From NCBI RefSeq assembly GCF_009914755.1, contig NC_060947.1: DNA of 64,000 bases, one strand, 5' to 3'. The position numbers were made by a program, and so were the translations under genes. This DNA is from the human T2T-CHM13v2.0 reference genome, Homo sapiens. This document shows positions 30,895 through 42,813 of the stretch, in pieces. Position 1 is the first letter of the stretch; every line of letters begins with the position of its first letter. The notes under the pieces were generated by a model. The model worked only from the letters and a program-made list of their open reading frames with translations, did no database searches and had not been told where the DNA came from.

Positions 30895-31020
30895 AGGGTG
30901 AGGGGTGGCAAAACATTGACCTTGGGGGAATCAGAAGACTTGGGTGCAAGTTCCATCCCTGCTACCAGCTTGCTGTATGCCAGGGCAAGTCCCTTGACCC
31001 GTCTCACCTCAGTCCCTTTA
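30895..31020 (+). mobile_element. MIR fragment
   Basis: ATCAGAAGACTTGGGT...GCTGTATGCCAGGGCAAGTCCCTTGACC. Confidence 0.6.
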
Positions 31021-31959
31021 CTTAGCAAACTGTGGAGAGGTGGTGGGGAGAGGGGAGCATGCTGGGATTGCTACGTTCTTCACACTAGTGCAGCAACGTT
31101 GGATGACCTGACCTGCCTGCTCTTGGATTTCTGAACTGTACCAGATATGGCTCTGAAAAGAGACCCCTCTTTACTCCCCTGAAAGGAGTGAAGCCAGGCC
31201 CCAAAATGTCGTGACCCAAAGCCTTCTGGAACGAAGAAATAGAGCTCATGAGGGAATGGGGGAGGCACAGGAGTGAGAGGCAGGAGGGCCGGTGGTTTGC
31301 TCTCCAGCTCGGAGGTGGGTAGCAAGACCCCAGCCACTGGGCAAAGCTCCTGATCTTAGGAACACAGTTTTAAAAGAATCTCTGACAATAAGGAAATGCT
31401 AAAAATACACTGCTCAGCAAAAATCAAACTGAATTCAAAGCAATATACAGTAGGACATAATTTTACAAAAATATGCATACTTAATACATGCACATATAGA
31501 CAAACAGTTACGCATATGCAGCTGTTCTATCCAGGCTTTCCCAGGCTGTGAGTATAGATAGACTGAGGTCATCTTAATTTTTAATGCCCGAGTTAAAGTG
31601 TTTTGAGCCATCAAGGGCTGCCTGCCTGAGGGCTGCCTGCACCCCTGTGCCAAATTTCTGTGCAGAAAACATAACTAAAAGGGATGTTTATTCATGTACT
31701 TACAAACTGGTTACGGTCAGCTCCCCTATCCATCTTTTCCATGTTCTTACTCTCCACTCACACCCAAGAAGTTGCTTTGCGTGAGACTGCAAGTGTCCAA
31801 ACCAAGGGTACTGTGTCCCAATGCTCCAAACTGCCACTCCGCAGGGGTTTACGGGGTGCAAGGTTTTGAAAGAAGATAAGAGAGGTGACGAAAATTATCT
31901 GCCATTATTACAACTTTGTCCCGCAATTTTCCCCCGGTGCCTGAAGCAACACCGCTCAC

Positions 31960-32022
31960 ACCAAGTCTCCTGAAAGTCATACCAAGTCTCCTGAAAGCCA
32001 TACCAAGTCTCTTGAAAGCAGT
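31960..32022. repeat. 21-bp tandem repeat x3
   Basis: ACCAAGTCTCCTGAAAGTCAT ACCAAGTCTCCTGAAAGCCAT ACCAAGTCTCTTGAAAGCAGT. Confidence 0.9.
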
Positions 32023-34025
32023 CACTTCGGCCATCTCTGCTTATCTCCTGCAGCTGCACTCATCAAACTTGCCTGCGCCACTGCGCCCCGCCTCCGCCTC
32101 CGCGCCCATAATCACCTGGACAGGAACAAGCAGCACTTCCAGCCCAATTCCTTCTCAGTTCCTTCACAGCCCAGAAACATTTTTTATTCTGCCCCTCTCT
32201 CCCTTATCCTGTTCCCCTTCACTCTCAAAAGGCATTAAGCTTCCTAAACGCATCTCTGATTTACCCCGCCCACTTTGAGTGACCAAGGCAAGAAGCTGAA
32301 TCTCTGCTCCAGGTTTAAGGTTCCCCCTGGAAAAAATGCAGAGCTTCTGGCTTTACAGCAGTGAGAATGAAAGGGCCAACTTTGCTGACTTCCTCAAAGA
32401 GAGAATCTGCCTCCAGGTGAGCCTAAATCTCCATAATCAAAGGATTTAAAAAATGCAAGCAACTTTTAAATGACAGTTTTTCCGAGTTTCTCCTCGTTTC
32501 TTTTTAAATGGAAATATAATTTATATACTGTAAAGTGACAGCCTGACTTTTTTTTTTTTTTTCCTAACATATGTATACATCCATGTAACTACCACCCTGG
32601 CCAAGATATAGGTAGCCCTCCAGGAAGTTCCCTGTTGCCCCTTTCTAATCAAATGGAAGCATACGGTATGTATTCTTTTGTGTCCAGCTTCTTTTTAAAA
32701 AAATTGTGATAAAATATACATAACATAAAATTTACCATTGTAAACTTTTTGAATGTACAATTCAGTGGTATTAAATATATTCACATTGTTGGGCAACCGT
32801 TACCACTGTTCATTTCCAGAACTACTTCATTATCTCAAACTGAAACTCTGTACTGATTAAATAATAACTTCCCTTCCCCTTAACCTCTGGTAACCACCAT
32901 TCTATTTTCTGTCTCTATGAATTCACCTATTCTAGCCACCTCATATGAGTGGAATCATACAATGTTGGTCCTTTTGTGTCTCGCTTCTTTCACTTAGCAT
33001 AATGTGTTCAAGGTTCACCCATATCATAGCAGGTATCCATACATTATTTTTTAATGACTGAATAACATCCCATTCTAGAGATATACCAAATTTTGTTTAC
33101 CCGTTCATGCATTGATGGACATTTTGGTGGTTTCCATTTTTGGCTGTTGTGAATATTGCTGCTATGAAGATTGATGTACAAGTTTCTGCTTGCGTCCCTG
33201 CTTTTCACCTTTTTGAATATATACCTAGGAGTGGAATTGCTGGGTCATGTAGTCTAGCTTCTTTTGCTCAATATTATGTCTTTGAGATTCATCTATGTTT
33301 CTGTGTATGTAAGTGGTTGGTTATTTTTCATTTTCATAAAGCATTCTACAATATGAATATATTACAATTTATTTATTCTACTACTAATGGATATTTGGGT
33401 TGTTTCCAATTTGAAACTATGATAAAAATGCTTCTATAATCATTTTTGTACATGTCTTTTAATTTAACTTTGCACTGAGGTATAATTTTACATACAGCGA
33501 AGAACACTACTTCAGTGTCAAGCTCTACTTCAGTAGAGAGCTCAACAAATTTTAACATATGTGTACACCCATGTAACCACCACACATATCAAAATGTAAA
33601 ACATTTCCAGCACCCCAGAAAGCTCTTTTATGCCAGAGTAATTTTGCTGGTTTACTGAATTTTATTTAAATGGAAGCATACAGAATGCATTCTTTTGTGT
33701 TTGTGTTGTTTTCTTCATCATTTTGTTTGTGAGATTTATCCATGTTACTTTAGGTATAAGGAATTCATTTTCTTTTATTGTTATGTAGAACTTCTTTGTA
33801 TGACTATACCACCACTTTTGAGCTATTCTACTGTGGCTGAACATTTGGGCTGTTTTCCAGTTTGGGGCTTTTAAGAAACCTGTTATGAACATTCTTGTAC
33901 ATGCCTTTTGATGCACATATGGACTTATTGCTCTTGGAAATATACCTAAGCTTGGAATTGCCGAGTCGTGAGTATATATGTACTTAGTTTTAGTAGACAC
34001 TGCTAAATATTTTTCCAAAGTTGTT

Positions 34026-34388
34026 TGTATTCGTCCATTTTCATACTGCTATGAAGAAATACCTGAGGCTGGGTAATTTATACAGAAAAAGAGGTTTAAT
34101 GGACTCTCAGTTCCACATGGCTGGGGAGGCCTCACAACCATGGTGGAAGGTGAAGGAGGAGCAAAGGCACGTCTTACATGGCAGCAGGCAAGAGAGTATG
34201 TGCAGGGGAACTGCCCTTTATAAAACCATCAGATCTTGTGAGACTTATTTAATATCAGAGAACAGCACAGGAAAAAACCGCCCTCATGATTCAATTACCT
34301 CCCACCGGGTACCTCCCAAGACACCTGGGGATTATGAGAGCTGTAATTCAAGATGAGATTTGGGTGGTGACACAGCCAAACCATATCA
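34026..34388 (-). mobile_element. THE1 solo LTR
   Basis: TGTATT...CACAGCCAAACCATATCA; 5-bp TSD TTGTT on both sides. Confidence 0.92.
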
Positions 34389-35481
34389 TTGTTGAACTAC
34401 TTTATAGTCTCACTAGCAAGGTATGAGAATTTGAGGTGCTCTGCATTCTTGCCAACATTTGATATTTTCAGCCCTTTTTAATGTGAGCTATTCTAGTGGG
34501 TTTCTAGTGCTATTTCATTGTGGTTTCAGTTTGCATTTCTCTAATGAGCAATGATGTTAATCGTCTTTTTACATGATTATTGACCATTTAAATATTTTCT
34601 TTATTGAAGGCCCTGAACAAATATTTTGACTATTTTAAAATGGAAGTTTCTGTCTTTTTCTTATAGACTTGTAACAGGATATGCATGTGTATATATGCCA
34701 ATTTCATGAATATCTTCTCTCAGTTGGTGGTTTGCCTTTTTGCTCTCTTAATTGTATCTTTTGATGAACAAAAATCTTTAATATTATAAAGTTCAATTTA
34801 TCAGTTTTTCTGACTGTGCTTTGTGTTTAAGAAATTTCTGATTATTCTAATATAATTAATGTATTCTCCTAATTTTTATTTTAGAAACCTTATAGTTTTG
34901 CCTTTCACGTTTAAGTCTATGTTCCATCTCAAGTTAATTTGTTTGTGTATGGTGTGGGTTAGGAATCAAAGTCCATGTTTTTGTATAGCCAGGGTTCATA
35001 TTTTCATTTTATCACCATTTATTGAAAAGACCATACTTTACCCCACTGAACTGCAGTAAAGACTTTGTTGCCATTTAGGTAATCATATATAAACATGTCT
35101 CTCTTTTTATCTCTTTGTTTCTGGACTGTTTATTCTGTTACATTAGTCTATCCTTGCACCAATACCACATCGTTTTTAAATTTAATTAACGATAACTTAT
35201 ATACAGTTATGTGTACACATATCATGTACAGTTAAATGGATTTTATACATATATGCATATTTTTGTAACCACCATTCAGATGAAGATATAGAACATTTCT
35301 AAGACCCCAGAAGGCTCTTTCATACCCCAACTCAGTCAATACCTCCTTTACAGTTAATTAGTGGTTGAATCTCTATTATCACAAATTAGTTTTGCCTGTC
35401 CTTCATATAAAAGGAATAATACGTGTGTAGGTTTTTAAGTGTAGCTTCTTTTGTTAGATGTTATAGGTTTTAATTTACTTC

Positions 35482-35610
35482 TTTTTTTTGTTTCAGATAG
35501 GGATCTCACTATATTTCCCAGGCTGGTCTCAAACTCCTGGGTTCAATTGACCCTTCCATCTCAGCCTTCCTAGTAGCTGGGATTAGAGATGTGAGCCACT
35601 GTGACTGGCT
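35482..35610 (-). mobile_element. Alu monomer (FLAM-like)
   Basis: CCCAGGCTGGTCTCAAACTCCTGGG...GTGAGCCACTGTG. Confidence 0.75.
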
Positions 35611-36504
35611 CTCTTCTTAAACATTACGTTTTTGAGATGCATCTGTGTCGTTGTATGTTTCAGCAGTTCTTTTTAAAAATTTTCATAGAAAGGTTTACTG
35701 ATGTGGAATAGTTTCAATTTATATTAAGTTGAAAAAGGCACGTAATAAAATGGTATGTAATTTTGTTTGTTAATAAAACCAAAATTAGTATATGAAAAGA
35801 TGGTATGTTTTTAACACTTTCTATAGTAAATAGCTCTATCTATCTATCTGTCTATCTATCTATATTTACTATCTTTTTGAGACATATATTTTTATTGGGG
35901 CATAATTCATATAGTATAAATTTGGTCATTTTGAAATGTTCAGTTCTGTGTTTATAGTATTTTCACAAAGTTGTGTCACCACTAGAACTATTATCTAATT
36001 CTGAAATACTTTCATCACTGCGAAAGAAACCCTGAAACCATTAATGTTCACTCCCCATCCCCTTCTTCCCCATGGCAACTACTAATCTTTCTGTGACTAT
36101 GGATTTATCCATTCTGGATATTTCATATAAATGAAATTACATAATATGTAGCATTTTGTGTCTGGTTTCTCTCATTTAGTATACAGTTTTCAAAATGCAT
36201 CTATGTTGTAGCATGTATCAGAATTTCATTCATTTTAAAGGTTGAATAATATTCCATTTATATATACATCACATTTTGTTTATCCATTCATCTGCCAATG
36301 AACATTTAGACTTTTTCCACCTTTTGGCTCTTATAAATAATACTGCTGTAAACATTGGCATACAAATCTGTTTGAGTCCCTGCTTTCAATTCCTTTGGGT
36401 ATATACTCAGAAGTAGAATTGCTGGATCATATAGTAATTCTATGTTTAAATTTTTTGAGAAAATGTCATACTGTTTTCCACAGTGGCTGCATCATTTTAC
36501 AATT

Positions 36505-38783
36505 CTAACCAACCTGGTAGAAGGGAAATACCCGACTCCTGTCCCCTTTAGCCTTCCTGTCTCACTTAAGGGGTAGGGAGTGAAATAGCACTTGTGAAGC
36601 TCACAGCCTAGGGACACAGGTTCACTAAAAGACTGAGACTTAATCATAGGACTATAGAATTTTCCTTCCTTCACAATTTACCACCACACCAATAGGGTTC
36701 CATAAAACAGGGTATTGCAGCTGAAAAAAAAAAAAACCTGCAAGTTTCAAATCTTATTTAAAGAAAAAATTCTAGGAAAAGCTAAAGACAACAGGGGAGG
36801 CAAAAATAAGGACACTAGAGGAAATTTTAGCCTCTGACACAACTATAGCAAACAGTGAAGACAGCCTAATTTCTAGCCAGATGAACCTAAAACTTCACAC
36901 TAAATGTATATTTACCTCAGCTTTTTGGTACGTCATGTTCAGATTCCATGAAAAAGTTAGAAGTCATGCTAAAAGGAAAAAACACTGTCTGAAGAGACAA
37001 AACAAATGTCAGAACCACACTCAATTGTGGCAGACATTTTAGAATTACCAGACTAGGAATTGAAATCACCATGATGAATATGCTAAGGGCTACAATGGAA
37101 AAAAGTAAGATAACATGGAAGAACGGATGAGTAACATGAGAGAAGGAAACTCTAAGAAAAATCAAAGGAAATGCTAGAAATAAAAAACACTGTCACAGAA
37201 ATGGAGATTAGCTTTAATGGGCTCATTAGTTGGCTGGACTCTTCTGAACAAGGAATCAGTGAACTTGAAGATATGACAATAGAAATTTTCCAAACTGAAA
37301 AGCAAAGAGAAAAAGGAATGAAAAAAAATATAACAGAGCATCCATGAAATGTGGAACAATTACAAACAGTGTAACCTATGTATAACGAGAATATTAGAAA
37401 GAAAAGGGAGAAAGGAACTAAAAACATCTTTGAAGTGATAATGGCTGAGAGTTTTCCAAAATTAGTTTCATGCATCAAACTACAGATCCAGGAAGCTTAG
37501 AGAACACTAAGCAGGATAAATGCCAAAACTTTATACCTAGGCATGTCATATTCAAACTGCAGAAAATCAAAGGGAAAGAAAAAAATCTTGAAAGAATTGA
37601 GAGGAAAAGAAATCTTATCTATAGAGGCAAACAGTAAGAATTACATTGGACTTCTCTTCAGAAAGCACCCAAGTGAAAAGAGGGTGGAGTGAACTATTTA
37701 AAATGTTGAAAGAAAAAAACCCAACAGCCTGGATATATATATTGAACGTAATTATCCTTTAGAAGTGAAGGAGAAATAAAGGCTTTCTCAGACAAATACA
37801 AATTGAGGGACGTTGTCACTAATAGACCTACCTTGGAAGAAATGTTAAAAAATGGTTCCTCAGAGAAAAGGTCAGAAGCTTATTTCTGCATAAGTAAAAG
37901 AAGAACATTAGAAATGCAATAAATGAAGGCAAATTAAATCCATTTTTCTTATGCTTAATTGATCCAGTAGGTAACAGTTTGTTAAAATCATAGTAGCAAC
38001 AATGTATCGGTTGATTATAGTTTATGGATAAGTGAATGAATGACGGCAATATTATTAGGGAGGGTAAGGAAGAATTGGGAATACTCTGTAATAAGGTACC
38101 TGCACTATCTGGGAGGTAGTATAGTGTTATTTGAAAGTTGGTTTAGATTAGTTGTAAATGTATATGTCAAACTCCAGGGAAACCACTAAAAAATAAACAA
38201 AGAAGTGCAATCAGTATATAAGAGAGGAGAGAAAATGGAATCACAAAATGTTCACTTCAACCCAGAAAAGGCAGAAAAAGAGTGGAAGACAGAAAAACCA
38301 AAGAAACAATGATATGCTTTGGTTCTGTATCCCCACCCAAATCTCATCTCGAATTGTAAACCACACGTGTTGATGGAGGGACCTGGTGGGGGGTGATTAG
38401 ATCATGGGAGTTCTTGTGAGAGCTGATGCTTTTAAAAGTGGCATTTTCCCCTGCACTCTCTGTCTCTCCTGCTGCCCTATGAAGAAGGTGCCTGCTTCTC
38501 CTTCACCTTCTGCCATAATTGTAAGTTTCCTGAGGCCTCCCTAGCCATGCAGAACTGTAAGTCAATTAAACCTTTTTCCTTTATAACCCAGCCACAGGTA
38601 GTATCTTTATAGCAGCGTGAGAATGGACTAATACAAACAAAAAAACAAAAAACTGGCAAAAAAAACCCCTGAGAAACAAAGAACAAAGCAATGAATAGAA
38701 AACGATTACAAATATGGTGGATACTAATCCAATTATATCAATAATCACTTAAATGTGAATGGTTTAAGACATCAATTAACAAG
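36505..38783 (+). mobile_element. Old L1M (5' region, ORF1, first codons of ORF2); continues at 59657
   Basis: ORF1-like sequence, then ATAATCACTTAAATGTGAATGGTTTAA (start of the endonuclease domain). Confidence 0.75.
38310..38635 (+). mobile_element. MST-type MaLR solo LTR
   Basis: TGATATG...GAATGGACTAATACA; 5-bp TSD AACAA. Confidence 0.9.
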
Positions 38784-41122
38784 GGAGGTGGAGAAAAACA
38801 GCTGAATAAAAGCCTCCAGTGATTATTCCCCCCCCCAGAACACCAAATTGAACAACTATCCACACAAGAAAGCATGTTCATAAGAATTAAACATCAGGTG
38901 AGCAATCATAGTATCCAATTTTAACATCATATTACTGAAAGAGGCACTGAAGAGGGTAGGAAAGACAGTCTTGAATTGCCACCCTTCCCTCAACCCCAGG
39001 CAGTACTGCATGGCTCAGAGACAGAATCTGTGTGCTTAAAAGAGGGAGAGCAAAGTGATTGCGGGACTTTGCATTGGAACTCAGTGCTGTCCTATCACAG
39101 TGGAAAGCAACACAGGACAGAATTCAGCTGGCTCCCATGGAGAGGGCATTAGATCAGCCCTAGCCAGAGGGAAATTGTCCATCTCAGTGGTTGAAAGGTG
39201 AGTTCCGGCAAGCCCCACCACCATAGGCTAAAACACTCTGGGGTCCTAAATAAACTTGAAAGGCAGTCTAGCCATAAGGACTGCAATTCCTGGGCAAGTC
39301 CTGGTGCCGTGCTAGGCTAGGGGACAGTAGACCAGGGGGTCATGCAACCCAGTAAGACACCAGCTAGGGCAGCCAAGGGAGTGCTTGTGCCACCCTTCCC
39401 CTAATCCCAGTCAGCATCATTCACAGCTCCTCAAGAAAGTCCTTCCATCTGTTTGAGGAGAGAAGGAAGAATAAAGAGGACTTCGTCTTGCAACTTGGAT
39501 ACCAGCTCAGCCACAGCTGACAGGGCACCAGGCAGAGTCCTGAAATTCACATTCCAGGCTATATCTCCTGGATGACATTTCTAGACCCACCCCAGGCTAG
39601 AAGGGAATCTACTGCCTTGAATGGAACGACCCAGTCCTGGCAGAATTCATCACTTCCTGACTAAATAGCCTGTGGGCCTTGAATAAACATCAGTAGTAGC
39701 CAGGCAGCAGTCATCACGGGCCTTGGGCAAGACCCAGTACCATGCTGGCTTTAGGTGTGACCCAGCACATTCCCAGCTCTAGTGGCCATGGGGAGAGAGT
39801 TCTTCTGCTTGAGGAAAGGAGAGGGAAGAGTAAAATGGACTTTGCCTTGCAACTTGGGTACCAACTGAGCCACAGTAAAATAAAATACCAAACAGACCCC
39901 TAAAGACCCTGATTCCAGGCCTCAGCTCCTGAAGGATATTTCTAGACCTGCCCTGGGCCAGAAGGGAGCCCACTACCCAAAAGAAAGATCCAGTCCTGGC
40001 ACTATTCTTCACCTGCTGACTAAAGAGCCCTTGAGCCTTGAATAAACATCAATGATAGGCAGGAAATAGCCGCCACCCAGGCCTAGGACAAGACCCCGTC
40101 CTGTGCTGGCTTCAGGTGTGACCCAGTACAGTCCCAGCAGTGGTAGCCACGGGAGTACTTGCATCACCTCTCTCCCAAATCCATGCAACATAGCACACAG
40201 AGAGAGACTCTATTTATTTGGGAAAATGGAAGAGAACAAGAGACTACCTGGTAATCCATGGAATTCTCTCAGGTCTTACCCAACACTGTCCAGGTGGCAC
40301 CTCTACAAGTCTGCAAAAATCACAGAATTACTGGGTTTGGAGTGCCCTCTAATGCACATATGGCTGCAATGACCAAACACTTAGATTATAACACTCAATC
40401 ATCTTTGAATACTTGGAAAGCCTTCTCAAGAAGAATGGGTGCAAACATGCCCAGACTGCAAAAATTAGAAGAAATACTTAACTCTTCAATGCCCAGACAT
40501 TGATGAATACCCACAGACATGAAGACCTTTCAGGAAAACAGGACTTCACCAAACAAGCTAAATAAGGCACCAGTGACCAATTCCAGAGTGACACAGATAT
40601 GGGACCTTTCAGACAGAGAATTCAAAATAGCTGTTTGGAGGAAGCTCAACACAATTCAAGATAACATAGAGAAGAAATTCAAAATCCTATCAGATAAATT
40701 TAACAAAGAGATGCAAGTAACTAAACAAAATTAAGCAGAAATTCTGGAGCTGAAAAATTCAATTGACAACTTGAAGAATACATCAGAGTTTCTCAACAGC
40801 AGAACTGATCAAGCAGAAGAAACAATTAGCGAGCTTGAAGACAGTCTATTTAAAAACACAAAGTCAGAGGAATAAAAAAAAAACAGAATACAAAATAATA
40901 AAGTATGACTATAGGATCTAGAAAGTAGCCACAAAAGAGCAAATCTAAGAGTATTGGCCTTAAAGAGGCGGTAGAGAGAGAGAGAGTGGAATAGAAAGAT
41001 TATTTGAAGAGATAATAATGAGAACTTTTTAAACCTAGAGAAAAATGCCAATATTCAAATGCAAGAAGGTTATAGAATACCAAACAAATTTAACCCCCAG
41101 AAGACTATGTCAAGACATGTAA

Positions 41123-41323
<201 letters not shown>

Positions 41324-41593
41324 TAAAAGCAGCAAGAGAAAAGTAAAAATGAACAAACATACAAACACAAAAGGAGTTTCAATATGTCTGGCAGTAGATT
41401 TCTCAGTGGAAACCTTATAGGCCAGGAGAGAGGGGCATGATATATTTAAACTGCTAAAGGAAAAAATCTTTTATCCTAGAATAGTATATTCAGTAAAAAT
41501 ATCCTTGAAACATGAAGGAGAAATACTTTCCCAGACACACAAAGGCTGAGGGATTTTATCAATACCAGACCAGTCCTATAAGAAATGCTAAAG

Positions 41594-42447
41594 TATCCAA
41601 AACTCAGGCAATAACAAGTGCTGGCAAGAATATGGAGAAAAGGGAACCCTTGTACACTGTTGGTGAAAAGGTAAATTAGTACAACTACTGTGGAGACCAG
41701 TTTTGAGGTCCCTCAAGAAACTAAAAATAGAATTACCTTGCAATCCAGCAATCTCACTCCTAGGTATATAACCAAAAGACAGGAAATCAGTATATCAAAC
41801 ATGTATCTGTACTCTCATGTTTATTGCAGCACTATTCACAATAGTCAAGATTTGGAAGCAATGTGTCCATCAACAGATGAATAGATAAAGAAAATGTGGC
41901 ACATATATACAGTAGAGTACTATTCAGCCATAAAAAAGAATGAGATCCTGTCATTTGCAACAACATGGATGGAACTGGAGGTCATAATATGAAGTGAAAT
42001 AAGCCAGGCACAGAGAGACAAACATTTCATGTTCTCAATAATCTGGGGACCTAAAATTTGAAACAATTGAACTCATGGAGATAGAGAGTAAATGGATGGT
42101 TACCAGAGGCTGGGAAGGGTAGTGGTGGGTGGTGAGGGAAAGTGGGGAGAGTTAATGGGCACAAAAAAAATAGAAAGAATGAATAAGACTTAGTATTTGC
42201 TAGCACAAGAGGAGGGCTATAGTGAAAAATAATTTAGTGGTACATTTAAAAATAACTAAAAGAGTATAACTGGATTGTTTGTAACACAAAGAATGGATAA
42301 ATGCTTGAGGTGATGGATACCTCATTTACTCTGATGTGATTATTACATATTGTATTCCTGTATCAAAACATCTCACATACCCCATACATGGATATACCTA
42401 TCAGGTGCCCACAAAAATTAAAAATTAAAGTAAAAAAAAAAAAAAAA
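41594..42447 (+). mobile_element. 5'-truncated L1MA-type insertion
   Basis: Poly-A tail; TSD AAGAAATGCTA at ~41580 and ~42446. Confidence 0.85.
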
Positions 42448-42813
42448 GAAATGCTACAGGGAGTTCTTCAATCTGAAAGAAAAGGACATTGATGAGCAAT
42501 ACGCAATCATCTGAGGGTACAACACTCTCTGATAGCAGTAAGTACACAGACAAATACAGAATATTATGCCACTATAATTGTAGTGTGTAAACTACTCACA
42601 TCTTGAGTCAGAGAATAAAAGATGAACCTATCAAAAGTTTTGAACAAGTTTTGAAGACGTAGAAAGTATAATAATATATAAATAGAAAAAACAAAAAGTT
42701 AAAAAGCAGGAGAGATGAAGTTAAAATGTAGAATTTTATGAGTTTTATCATTGCATGTTTGTTTGTTTTTGCAATCAGACTTAAGTTGTCATCACTTTCA
42801 AATAATGGGTTAT

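Larger units (their letters stand above)
32500..36505 (-). mobile_element. Cluster of nested old L1M (L1MB/MC/ME) 3' fragments
   Basis: Repeated L1M 3' UTR motifs and ORF2 C-terminal remnants (HDSAIPSLGIFP, MFITGFLKAPNWK). Confidence 0.8.

Noticed and set aside
31960-32022. Common origin of this 21-mer and the GPR50 21-nt heptad unit
   Set aside because: Only CCAAGTCT is shared; the equal period is probably coincidental.
39470-40150. ~359-bp tandem duplication
   Set aside because: Lies in an old L1 5' UTR, where such tandem units are a family feature rather than a locus novelty.
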